From NCBI GenBank assembly GCA_963832705.1, contig CAWHVP010000002.1:55054-119053 (forward strand): a stretch of 64,000 nucleotides of DNA, read 5' to 3'. Position 1 is the first letter of the stretch. Each line of letters starts with the position of its first letter. This DNA comes from an uncultured beta proteobacterium. GTDB taxonomy: Bacteria > Pseudomonadota > Gammaproteobacteria > Burkholderiales > Casimicrobiaceae. The notes beneath the pieces were generated by a model. It saw nothing but the letters and a program-made list of their open reading frames with translations, made no database searches and was not told the DNA's origin. Positions 21,443 to 34,434 of this stretch are shown one piece after another. Made by a program: the position numbers and the translations under genes.

Positions 21443-22418
21443 GTGAACGAGTTCGAGCTCATCGCGCGGTTCTTCACGCGGCCGCCGCGCTCCGCGTCGG
21501 TCGTGCTCGGCGTCGGCGACGACGCCGCGCTGCTCGCGCCGACGCCCGGGCACGTGCTGGTCGTCTCGGTCGACATGCTGGTCGGCGGCCGCCACTTCTT
21601 CGACGACGTCGACCCCGAGTCGCTCGGGCACAAGACGCTCGCCGTCAACCTCTCCGATCTCGCCGCGATGGGCGCGGTGCCGCGCTGGGCGCTGCTCGCC
21701 GGCGCGCTGCCCGACAACGACCCGGCGTGGCTCGCGGCGTTCGCCGCGCGGCTTTCTCGCGCTCGCGGATGCGCACGGCGTCGATCTCGTCGGCGGCGAC
21801 ACGACGCGCGGGCCGCTGAACCTCTGCGTCACCATCCTCGGCGAGGCGCCGGCGGGCGCGGCGATCACCCGCGCCGGCGCGAGGGCCGGCGACGACGTCT
21901 ACGTGTCGGGGCACCTCGGCGACGCCGGGCTGGCGGTCGCCGCGCGCACCGGCCGCGTCGCGCTCGAGCCCGCGGCGCTGGCCGCGTGCCAGGCGCGCCT
22001 CGACCGGCCGATGCCGCGCGTCGCGCTCGGCCTCGCGCTGCGCGGCGTGGCGACGGCGATGCTCGACGTGTCGGACGGGCTCACCGGCGATCTCGGGCAC
22101 ATCCTCGAGCGCTCGAACGTCGGCGCCAGCGTCGCGCTCGCGGCGGTCCCGCGCTCGGCGCTGATGGCGAGGCTGCTGGCCGGCTCCGATCGCGCCGCGG
22201 CGCTGGCGTGCCTGCTGGCCGGCGGCGACGACTACGAGCTCTGCTTCACCGCCGCGCCCGAATCGGCCCCGCGCGTCGCGGCGATCGCCGTCGAGGCCGG
22301 GCTGCCGCTGACGCGGATCGGCACGATCACGGCGGGCGGCGGTCTCGTCGTCCGCGACGAGTACGGCGCCGTCGTGCCCGCGCCGCGCGCGTTCGACCAC
22401 TTCGCGGCCGGCTCGTGA
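21443..22418 (+). CDS. thiL: thiamine-monophosphate kinase; frameshift near 21749
   Basis: (GTG)NEFELIARFFTRPPRSASVVLGVGDDAALLAPTPGHVLVVSVDMLVGGRHFF...GHKTLAVNLSDLAAMGA continues in the frame of ORF 21903..22418 (GGDTTRGPLNLCVTILGEAP...DVSDGLTGDLGHILE...GGDDYELCFTA). Confidence 0.85.
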
Positions 22419-22951
22419 GCCTCTGGACCGGTCGCACGCGCAAGCGCGGCGAGAGCCCGGCGAGGCTGCACGCGCCGACGCTGGGGTTCATGCTCGCCCA
22501 CCCGGCGCACATCGTCGCGCTCGGCTTCGGCGCGGGCCTCGCACCCGCCGCGCCCGGCACGTTCGGGACGCTGGTCGCGCTGCCGATCGCGGCGGCGATC
22601 TGGGCGTACTGGGGCGACACCGGCTTCCTGATCGCGCTGCCCGCGCTGTTCGCGATCGGCGTCTGGGCGTCGTCGGTGACCGGGCGCGACCTCGGGGTTC
22701 CCGACCACGGCGCGATCGTGTGGGACGAGGTCGTCGCGTTCCTGCTGGTGCTGTACTTCGTCGGCAACGACACGCTGCGCGTCGCGTTCGCGTTCGCGCT
22801 GTTCCGGTTCTTCGACATCGTGAAGCCGCCGCCGATCAAGTGGCTCGACGCGACGCTGAAGAGCGGGTTCGGCGTCATGGCCGACGACCTGCTCGCCGCC
22901 GGCTACACGCTGCTGGTGTTCGCGCTGGCGCAGCGGGTCCTGGGAGCGTGA
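22415..22951 (+). CDS. pgpA: phosphatidylglycerophosphatase A
   Basis: The GTG overlaps the thiL TGA (GTGA). Sequence: ...PTLGFMLAHPAHIVALGFGAGLAPAAPGTFGTLVALP...VPDHGAIVWDEVVAFLLVLY...FRFFDIVKPPPIKWLD...GFGVMADDLLAAGYTLL. In the track it is merged with thiL (ORF 21443..22951). Confidence 0.85.
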   Translation: MSLWTGRTRKRGESPARLHAPTLGFMLAHPAHIVALGFGAGLAPAAPGTFGTLVALPIAAAIWAYWGDTGFLIALPALFAIGVWASSVTGRDLGVPDHGAIVWDEVVAFLLVLYFVGNDTLRVAFAFALFRFFDIVKPPPIKWLDATLKSGFGVMADDLLAAGYTLLVFALAQRVLGA

Positions 22952-22952
22952 G

Positions 22953-23750
22953 ATGGGCGCGACCGCAGCCGCCGCGACCGGCATCGACAGCGCGCGGATC
23001 GAGGAGGCCGGCCTCAACGCGCTGCAGATGTCGCGGCAGCTCTTCTACGACGGCTGGGTGCTGCGGCTGTCGCCGGGCAAGGCGAAGCGCGGCCGCAGCG
23101 TCACCGCGCATTTCGGCTCGACGCTGCCGCTCGACGACAAGATCGCGCGCTGCGCGGCGGTCTATGCGCAGCACGGCCTGCCGCTGCTGTTCAGGATCAC
23201 GCCGTTCGCGCACCCGGGCACGCTGGACGCGGAGCTGGGCGCGCGGGGCTACGCGGCCTACGAGGAAACGCGGGTGATGGCCGCGAGGCTGCCGGCGGCG
23301 GAGTCCGCCGCGTTGCCCGCCGTCGCCGCGCCCGCGGGAATCGCCGCCGCCGACGTCGATGCGGGTGCGTTCGCCGACATCGTCGGCGCGCTGCGCGGGT
23401 CGTCGCCGCCGCAGCGCGACGCGCATCGCGACCGGCTCGTGCAGTCGCCGCTGGCGGCCCGGTTCCTGGTGCTGCGCGACGGCGATCGGCCGGTGTGCGC
23501 GGCGCAGGTCGCGCTCGAGGGCGAGCTCGCCGGCGTCTACGACGTCGCGACCGCCGAGGACGCGCGCGGCCGGGGCTGCGCCACCTGGGCCTGCGCGACG
23601 CTGCTCGCCTGGGCGCCGCGCGGGGGGCGCGCACCGCGTACCTGCAGGTCGGCGCCGACAATGCGCCGGCGATCTCGATCTACCGCCGGCTCGGCTTCGA
23701 CACCGTCTACACGTACCACTACCGCGCGCCGGCCGGAGGCGTGCCGATGA
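22953..23750 (+). CDS. GNAT-family acetyltransferase-like protein; two frameshifts (one in a G6 run near 23620)
   Basis: ORF 22953..23750. Its C-terminal acetyltransferase core ...[23 protein letters not shown]...[33 protein letters not shown] is recovered in another frame. The assignment is moderate. Confidence 0.55.
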   Translation: MGATAAAATGIDSARIEEAGLNALQMSRQLFYDGWVLRLSPGKAKRGRSVTAHFGSTLPLDDKIARCAAVYAQHGLPLLFRITPFAHPGTLDAELGARGYAAYEETRVMAARLPAAESAALPAVAAPAGIAAADVDAGAFADIVGALRGSSPPQRDAHRDRLVQSPLAARFLVLRDGDRPVCAAQVALEGELAGVYDVATAEDARGRGCATWACATLLAWAPRGGRAPRTCRSAPTMRRRSRSTAGSASTPSTRTTTARRPEACR

Positions 23751-24233
23751 GCGACAGATCTCGAGGCCCTGGCGCGGGCGCTGGGCGCGGCGCTGGCGCG
23801 GCGCGGCTGGAAGGTCGCGACGGCGGAGTCCTGCACCGGCGGGCTCGTCGCCGGCGCGATCACGGAAATCGCCGGCAGCTCCGGCTGGTTCGACCGCGGC
23901 TTTGTCACCTACTCGAACGAGGCGAAGGTCGAGCTGCTGGGCGTGGCGGCCGCGACGCTCGCGCGCTTTGGCGCGGTCAGCGAGGAAACGGCGCGCGAGA
24001 TGGCCGCCGGGGCGATCGCGGCGAGCCGCGCCAAGCTCGCCGTGGCGGTGACCGGCATCGCCGGGCCGGACGGGGGCACGCCGGACAAGCCCGTGGGCAC
24101 CGTCTGCTTCGCCTGGGCGCGCCGCGCCGGCGCCGTCGAGACGGCGACGCGCCGGTTCCCGGGCGACCGGGCGGCGGTCCGCGCGGCGACCGTGGCGGCG
24201 GCGCTGCAGGGGCTCCTCGACCGTTCGAATTAG
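23747..24233 (+). CDS. pncC: CinA-family nicotinamide-nucleotide amidohydrolase (PncC); frameshift near 23757
   Basis: The ATG overlaps the preceding TGA (ATGA). Sequence: ...[63 protein letters not shown]...[26 protein letters not shown] (ORF 23943..24233 plus my translation). Confidence 0.8.
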
Positions 24234-24246
24234 GCCGTTCGAAGGC

Positions 24247-24276
24247 TTTCATCGAACGATCGTTCTATGCCATAAT
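24247..24276 (+). promoter_or_regulatory. putative recA promoter TTTCAT-N18-CATAAT with a perfect 12-bp palindrome GAACGATCGTTC in the spacer (candidate operator)
   Basis: The -35-like hexamer is at 24247-24252, the palindrome at 24254-24265, and CATAAT at 24271-24276. Two CGTTCGAA repeats lie just upstream (24221-24228 and 24235-24242). The recA ATG is at 24389. Confidence 0.4.
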
Positions 24277-24388
24277 CCGCTGCATTGACGGGTCGCCCGG
24301 CGATTTTCGGCCGGCTTGGCTGGCCGGCTTCGCTGAACCTGGGCAGACCCCGAAGTCACCCGGAACAACCTCCTCTCCAGGAAGACCG

Positions 24389-25427
<1,039 letters not shown>

Positions 25428-25445
25428 CGCGGGGCGGGCCGCGGC

Positions 25446-25956
25446 GTGAGCGCGACGGGCGCCCGCGCGAACACGAAGGCGCGCGCGAAGGATCCAGCCG
25501 GCGCGCGCGCAAGCCTCGGCCGCCCAGGCGCGCGCGCGTCGCGCTATCTGGCGCGGCGCGAGTACGCGCGCTCCGAGCTGCGCGACAAGCTGCTGGCGAC
25601 GGGCGCGCCGCCCGACGAGGTCGACCCGCGTCCTCGACGAGCTTGCCGCGCAGGGCTACCTGTCCGACGCGCGCTTCGCCCAGGCGCTGGTGCGCCAGAA
25701 GCACGGCGCGTACAGCCGGCGCTCGATCGCGCAGACGCTGAAGGCCAAGGGCGTCGCCGGCGAGGTCGTGACCGAAGCGCTGGCCGGCGCCGACGCCGAC
25801 GACGCGGCCACGCTGGTCGCGCTGTGGCGCCGCCGCTTCGGCCGCGCGCCGGCCGACGACCGCGAGCGCGCGCGCCAGGTCCGGTTCCTGCAAAGCCGCG
25901 GCTTCGGCCTGTCGGCGATCCTCAAGCTTCTGCGCGACCCGCCGATGGACGAATAG
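25446..25956 (+). CDS. recX: recombination regulator RecX; at least 2 frameshifts
   Basis: ...[32 protein letters not shown] / [47 protein letters not shown]...[20 protein letters not shown] (ORFs 25446..26105 and 25690..25956). Its position directly after recA supports the call. Confidence 0.85.
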
Positions 25957-25973
25957 CGGGCGTTGTCCCCGCT
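25955..25973 (+). terminator. weak hairpin after recX (AGCGGG-N7-CCCGCT)
   Basis: The stem overlaps the TAG stop. There is no U-run, so confidence is low. Confidence 0.25.
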
Positions 25974-26336
25974 TGGCGCGAGCGGATGCGCGGAAGCTCC
26001 CGTGCATCTCGCGGATTGCAGGCAGACCTTCTGTTGCGTCCGGCGAACGGATGCTGTCGGCCAACTCCCATCATTCGTTCTCGAGAAGACTCGCGTTGGG
26101 AATGAACGGTTTTGATCTTGCCCACGAACGATGGACACCTTATCCCGTGCTTGCCGGTTTGACCTAGGGCAATCCGAGCAGGCAACGCTCGCGGCGATGT
26201 CGCGGGACGCGTCTATTTTCTGGGGGACGTACTACGACCGCTCGTGGCCGGCTGCGGGGCCCGCCCACGCGCGGCGGTAAGCAGTCGCTCCGCGGAGCTT
26301 ACGTCCCGGTGCCGGTCGAGGTTCTCGAACGCGACG

Positions 26337-26767
26337 TCAGTCCTGGCGATGAGCGTCGCGAGAAGCGCATCCGCTCGACGCAGCATTGCGCTCCTCCACG
26401 GTCTTCCCATCGGATCCTTGCGCACAACCTTCCCGCCTCGGAACTCGTAGTGATCATAGCCTCGAACCGCGATCTTCCTCCCATCTCGGGTCGTGCCGCT
26501 CAGCAACCATTCGGACACACCCATGGTGCCGAACGCCCAGTGCCGGGCGTCCCCATCGTGCACATCGGGAGTCGCCTCGAATCTCATCGCCAGCCCCATA
26601 CGCCGGCTCCTTCCCGACGAAGCGAGTGCCCCAGGGATTGCTGCCCTTCGGCATGTCCAAGGACGCATCGTCGGCGAAGTGGGTCATGATTCTGTCCAAG
26701 TCGTGTGCATTGAATGCGGCACACATCTCAAGAAGCAACTGGTAGTTGCACCTTCCTCCTCCGTCAT
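26337..26767 (-). CDS. SnoaL-like / NTF2-fold protein; at least 3 frameshifts, boundaries approximate
   Basis: Stitched from ORFs 26454..27092(-) and 26213..26668(-): MTEEEG/NYQLLLEMCAAFNAHDLDRIMTHFADDASLDMPKGSNPWGTRFVGKEA/...RFEATPDVHDGDARHWAFGTMGVSEWLLSGTTRDGRKIAVRGYDHYEFRGGKVVRKDS... The region is lower in GC. Confidence 0.5.
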
Positions 26768-27204
26768 GCTTGCTCCCACTGATTCCGCGCCGCTCTACCA
26801 TGCCGTCAACGGCGTGCCGCGGATTGGACGGAAGGAGTATGGCGCGGCATGGGTTCCCTGGAAGGCTGACCGGGTTCGCTTGCAACGACCGCTGACGAGC
26901 AACTTGGGCGGCGACGCTGACCGGCCGCTCGTTGGCCGCGAAGCGAAGTCGCGAACGTCGGCTTCCAATGCATCCGCAGGTCGTCAATGAAGATCCCGCG
27001 AGCGCGTCGGCAGCTCGCCCAATAGCGGCGACAGGTCGGCGAGCCGCCCGGCGAGCACGGACCTGTCCCTCGCGCGCGACCTTGCCGTACACGGCGAGCC
27101 GCTTCGAAACGAGGAGCTCGCGCGGCTGCCCGTCGAGATCACCGCGGTGAAGAACGGCGTGGCGCTGCCCGAGGCGGTGAAGATCGCGGGAGGGGAGGCG
27201 GCGC

Positions 27205-30138
27205 TCACACCGTCGGCCGCGTGTCCGACGACGTCACGCGAGCAACGGAGGACCGGAGTAGATCCCGGACGCGAGCGAAGGCGAGACCCAGTTCGGAATC
27301 CGGGCCGACGCCAACCGCGCCCACGATCGAGCTCGCTTCCGCAAGCGCCGCCTCCGCTGCGTGTGGGCTCCCCGCGAGATGTTCGGTTTCGGCGCGGCAG
27401 CAGAGCAGGATACCGAGGCTCATCCGGTCGGACACCTCGCGCAACAGCGACTCGCCGACGGCGAGGCAGTCGCGGGCCTTGTCGAATTCGCCGTGGCGGG
27501 CGTGCAGCAGGCCAAGGTAGCCCAGGAACTGGCCTTCCGACCGTCGATCGGGCAGCGCCCGGGCGACGACCAGCGCCGCCTCAAAGTGCTCCCGTGCCTC
27601 GTCGAGCCGGGCCAGGCTGTCGTAGACCAGACCCAGGTTGCACAGCACGACGCATTCGAGGCGTGCATGCCCCAGGTCGCGCGCCACGTCGAGCGCCAGC
27701 TCGAGTTGATCAACCGCATCGGCGAATCGTCCCTGCACCTGGGCCAGCAGGCCGAGGTTGCACAGCGTGTTGCCTTCGAGCCGCCGGTTTCCGGTCTCCC
27801 GCGCCGCGTCGAGCGCGGCTTCATTGTGGGACCGGGATTCGTCTCCGTTGCCCTCGTCGAAATGGAGCGATGCCCAGGTTGCCGAGCAGGTCGCCCTGCC
27901 GGGGCCGGTCCCCGGCGCTGCGGGCCAGGGCCAGACCCGCTTCGAAATGCGCTCGGGCCTCGCTGAGCCGACCCAGAAAGTGCTCGACGTTGCCCGAGGC
28001 CGTTGCAGGCGTCGCTCTGCAGCGCCGGGACGCCGAGTTCGCGGGCGATGGAGAGCGCCTGCTCGAGGCGGGCCCGCGCGGTTTCCATGCGTCCCGCGTG
28101 GCTGTCGAGGGCGCCGAGGCCGATCAGCGCACGGCACTCGCAGCGCCGGTCGCCGATCTCGCGGGCGCGGCCCAGCGACGATTCGAACTGCACGCTCGCC
28201 TCGTCGTCCTTGCCGCCGGCCATCAGCACCCGGCCGGCAACCAGGTCGACCCGGGCGAGCTCCGGCGGGTCCCAGCCCGGAGGTGGCGCGCACGACGGAC
28301 ACGAGTTCGTTGCCGACGCGGAACGGCCCGCGCGACCTCAGGCCGGCCCAGGCGCGCTCCAGCGCATTGGTGGCCACCTCGGCGTCGCCGCGCGCGGCGG
28401 CCCGGCGACAGGCCGCGACGAAGTTGTCGAGCTCGACGCCTTCGCCCGCGATGGCCGCCTGCTCATCGAGGCCGGCGAAGTGGGCGCCATGTCGAATCTC
28501 TGCTGCGCGCAACGCGTCCGGACCGCTGCCGGGATAGCGGCCTCCGGTGCGCAGGTGCTCCGCGGCGTACTCCTGCACGCTGACCAGGAGATCGAAGCGA
28601 TCGTCGGTGACCTCCCTGACGAACGACTTGTGCACCAGCGATTGCAGCGCGTCCATCGGCCACGGCGCGTCCTCGTACCCGGACAGGTCCAGGATCGCCT
28701 CCACCGACTCGAGCGTGAACCCGCCCTCGAACACCGACAGCTGCGCCAGCGCGGCCTTCTCGGGCAGACGACAGCAGGTCCCAGGACCAGTCGAACACCG
28801 CCCGCAGCGTCGCCTGCCGGTCCACGCGGCCGCCCGCCGACGACAGCAGCTTGAATCGCTCGGTCATCCGCGAAGCAGGGTCCGCGGCGGCATCACCCGC
28901 ACCCGCGCCGCCGCCAGTTCGATCGCCAGCGGCAGGCCCTCCAGCAGCTTCACCAGCGGGGCGATCGCCGCCTGGTCCTCGGCGGTCGGCTGGAACTCCG
29001 GCTTCGCCGCCGCGGCGCGCCGCACGAACAGCGCCATGGCTTCCGCCGACGGCAGCGGCGCCAGCGCGAGCACCTCTTCTCCGGCCAGGCCCAGCACTTC
29101 GCGTGTGGTCACCAGGAAGCGCGCGTTGCTCGCCCGGTTCAGCCACCGGCCCAGCGTCTCCTCGGCATGGCGCGCGACCTGCTCGAAGTTGTCGAGGATG
29201 ACCAGGCAGTGGCCGCGGCCGGCGATGGCGTTGCCCGATCTGCGTCACCGGGTCGTCCTTGCCCAGGGGCAGGTCGAGCCCCTGCGCAACCGCATGCACG
29301 ATGCCGTCCAGGCTCCGGGCCTGCGACAGATCGCAGAACCAGGCGCCGCCCGGGAACTGGCCGAGCGAGTCCCACCCGAAGCGCGCGACGAGCCGCGTCT
29401 TGCCGGTGCCGCCGATGCCGAGGACCGACACCAGGCGCGCGCCGTCGTCGAAGCGGTCCTGGAGCCTGGCCAGGGCCTCGCTGCGGCCGACAAAGGCGTC
29501 GCGCTCCGCCGGCAGCGTGTGCCCGCTGAACGACGCCAGCGGAGGAAACTCGGCACGCAGGCCCGGCGCGAGAACCTGCAGCAGGCGTTCCGGGTTGAGC
29601 AAGCCCTTGAGGCGATGCTCGCCCATCTCGCGCAGGGCGACGCCTTCCGGCATGTGCGCGCATACCAGCGCCTCCGTTGCCGCAGAGAGCAGAAGCTGCT
29701 CGCCGTGCGCGACCGACATGATTCGCGCCGCGCGATTCACCGCCGCGCCGTAATAGTCGCCGTCCCGCTGTTCGGCGGCACCCGTGTGCATCCCCATCCG
29801 GACTTTGAGGGCGATCGGCGGCATCGCAACCGGCGCTTCGGGCCCGGGGCTCGGGACCCCGGCCGGCGCAGATTGCAGGGCGCGCTGGACGGCGACGCCC
29901 GCGGCGAGCGCGTCCGCGGCGACCTCGAAGACGGCATGAACGCCGTCGCCGGTGCTTTTGACGATCAGTCCGTGGTTGGACTCGATCGCGTCGCGCATCA
30001 GCGCGTCGTGGCGCCCGAGCGCGACCTGCATCGCGCCAGGATCCCTTTCCCACAGCGTCGTGCTGCCCTCGATGTCGGTGAACAGGAAGGTGACGGTGCC
30101 GGTGGGCAGCGGTGACTCGGCGCGCGATCTCGTGGACA
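27205..30138 (-). CDS. class III adenylate/guanylate cyclase domain fused to a P-loop STAND (NB-ARC-like) NTPase and TPR repeats; at least 5 frameshifts
   Basis: The N-terminus is MSTRSRAESPLPTGTVTFLFTDIEGSTTLWE...VKSTGDGVHAVF...RMGMHTGAAEQRDGDYYGAAVNRAARI (cyclase). Next come FVGRSEALARLQD...VSVLGIGGTGKTRLVARF (Walker A) and ...LLEGLPLAIELAAARV (ORF 28864..29112). After that, TPR_12-like repeats (CNLGLLAQVQGRFADAVDQLELALDVARDLGHARLECVVLCNLGLVYDSLARLDEAREHFEAAL) run to the stop at 27205. Confidence 0.8.
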
Positions 30139-30272
30139 TGGCGGTAGCCAGGGAATGATGCGCCAGACCCGGCATTGTGCGCACCGTCAAGCGATTCGGC
30201 AAGGTGACCGTCACAGGTTGCCGAACCAATGGCGGGCTAAGATCCCGCCGGACTCGCAGCAACGCGTTTCGT

Positions 30273-30695
30273 TTACCGGAGTCGAGCCCTGTCGTCGAGG
30301 GCGTATTCTCCCGGCCCGAACGCGAACAGCACCAACAGGCCACCCATAACCGAGACGTTCTTCATGAACATCAGCTGCTGCGTCACAGCTTCATCGGGCG
30401 GGGCGGACCAAAAGCGGTGAAGCACACAGCGTGACCAGCATCGTGAAGAGGAAGATCAATGCAGTGGCCGAACGCGTCTTCCATCAGAGAACGATCGCAG
30501 TGCCACCGCCATGTTCGACCAAGACCGCCAGAATCAGCAGGAATTCGAGGAGTGGGTCGATGGCCGGCAGACCCGCGCTCGCCATATGGACGGCCATGTC
30601 GAAGAATGCCCGATCTTGCCGCCGCCCGAGACAATGAACATCGATGCCAACAGCACGCGACCGACCAGCGCCGCGGCGTCCTTAGCTTCATACAT
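30273..30695 (-). CDS. DoxX-family membrane protein; about 3 frameshifts
   Basis: My translation: MYEAKDAAALVGRVLLASMFIVSGGGKIG/FFDMAVHMASAGLPAIDPLLEFLLILAVLVEHGGGTAIVL/..KTRSATALIFLFTMLVTL/HRFWSAPPDEAVTQQLMFMKNVSVMGGLLVLFAFGPGEYALDDRARLR*. Confidence 0.65.
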
Positions 30696-31221
30696 CGCAG
30701 CCTCCACGCGCTGGTGTTGTTTGCTCCGACCCTGACAAGCAGCCGAGGATGACGTACGCCATGCAAATGGCAATCGGCCGAGTCGGTCAGATCAGCTAAA
30801 CGCATCCGGTCGATAGCTTCGCCGTCTCATCCAAGATGTACCTGCTGTGATCGCAGTCAGAATTGAGAATATGCCCCACGGTCACGCCAAGGATGAAGTT
30901 GGCGAGCCGCAAGCCAGCGTATCCCGAGTGAATGCCACCGCCACCGTTGAGATACGCCCGGTCGAAATGCCGGGCTTGCCTCGGAGATGGCCCCGCACTG
31001 TCGGAGAGCTTTCGGAATCTGCAGTTGACGACTCCGCGCGTGAGACAGCCTCGGCCAACGGGCGTGTGCCGCTCACCGCGACCGGACGCGAGCGCGCAAG
31101 GCCACGTGGTCGTCGCCGGGCATGCCGTTTGCGCCGCGAAGCCCGGAGCTCGCTCCGAATCGGCCCACCTCCGAACCGGCGCGGCTCGATCCCGACGGCG
31201 CGGACGTCACCAAAGCCACGT

Positions 31222-31251
31222 TTGGCAGTCGCGGGCATAGCCGCGTAAAAT
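31222..31251 (+). promoter_or_regulatory. putative sigma70 promoter TTGGCA-N18-TAAAAT upstream of alaS
   Basis: The -35 is at 31222-31227 and the -10 at 31246-31251, 66 nt before the alaS ATG. Confidence 0.35.
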
Positions 31252-31317
31252 CAACAGCTTTGCCACTGTGCCGGTCCGCGATCCTCGCGCCGGCCGGCCA
31301 CCCGACTCGCCACCGCC

Positions 31318-33936
<2,619 letters not shown>

Positions 33937-33985
33937 AAGTGGTGTCTGACCCCACTTCCCGGAGAAGTAGTGTCTGACCCTACTT
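33937..33985. repeat. two tandem copies of a 21-nt hairpin motif AAGTrGTGTCTGACCCyACTT directly after alaS (REP-like or terminator-like)
   Basis: The copies are at 33937-33957 (AAGTGG...CCACTT) and 33965-33985 (AAGTAG...CTACTT). Each has a 6-bp stem and a 9-nt loop, and their starts are 28 nt apart. Confidence 0.7.
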
Positions 33986-34001
33986 ATCGGCGGAGAGCGG
34001 C

Positions 34002-34430
34002 ATGACGCTGCGGCCGGGCATGACGGTGGAGACGATGAACGAGCGCGGCCGCGGGCGGTTGCCGGAGCTCGTCGGCTTCCGGGTGATGGCGCTGGAGCAG
34101 GGGCTGCTGGTGGCCGAGCTCGACATCCGGCCGCAATTGCTCGCGCCCAACGGCTTCCTGCACGCGGCGTCGATCATCGCGCTCGCCGACACCGCCTGCG
34201 GCTACGGCTGCATCGCGCACCTGCCCAAGGGCGCGGAGAACTTCACCACCGTCGAGCTGAAGAGCAACTTCCTCGGGACCGCGCGCGAGGGCACGATCGA
34301 CTGCGTCGCGCGTCCTGCGCACCTCGGCAGCACGACGCAGGTCTGGGACGCGACGGTCAAGCGGCACGCCGACGGCAAGGCGATCGCGCTGTTCCGCTGC
34401 ACGCAGATGATCCTGTGGCCGAAGAAGTGA
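34002..34430 (+). CDS. PaaI-family (hotdog fold) thioesterase
   Basis: Intact 142-aa ORF: ...GFRVMALEQGLLVAELDIRPQLLAPNGFLHAASIIALADTACGYG...TVELKSNFLGTAREGTIDCVARPAHLGSTTQVWDATV. Confidence 0.8.
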   Translation: MTLRPGMTVETMNERGRGRLPELVGFRVMALEQGLLVAELDIRPQLLAPNGFLHAASIIALADTACGYGCIAHLPKGAENFTTVELKSNFLGTAREGTIDCVARPAHLGSTTQVWDATVKRHADGKAIALFRCTQMILWPKK

Positions 34431-34434
34431 CGCG

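Noticed and set aside
19185-21446. 753-aa ORF that appears to fuse ribBA tail, ribH, nusB and a solute-binding protein. Similar apparent fusions are thiL-pgpA (21443..22951), GNAT-cinA-recA-recX (23495..25741) and glcE-glcF-thioesterase (61780..63723).
   Set aside because: These are read-through artefacts created by 1-nt insertions. Each component has its own start/stop signals and overlaps of the ATGA/GTGA type. They are not real multidomain fusions.
26770-27204. Short ORFs (26932..27150 +, 26984..27208 -, N-terminal part of 26454..27092 -) between the SnoaL-like and cyclase genes. One + frame ends ...ELARLPVEITAVKNGVALPEAVKIAGGEAAL.
   Set aside because: I could recognise no protein family, start signal or domain. 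This may be a remnant, but I cannot support a call.
27205-30695. Reading the cyclase gene plus the adjacent DoxX membrane protein as a Pycsar/CBASS-like cyclic-nucleotide defence pair.
   Set aside because: DoxX has no cyclic-nucleotide-binding domain and belongs to a common housekeeping family. The cyclase has Lys/Asp residues suggestive of an ordinary adenylate cyclase. No effector gene is present. Only the weaker Avs-like analogy is kept, as speculation.
25957-31317. Calling the recX-alaS insert a mobile element or genomic island with defined ends.
   Set aside because: I found no integrase, transposase, tRNA target, inverted terminal repeats or flanking direct repeats by eye. It is reported only as a compositionally distinct insert.
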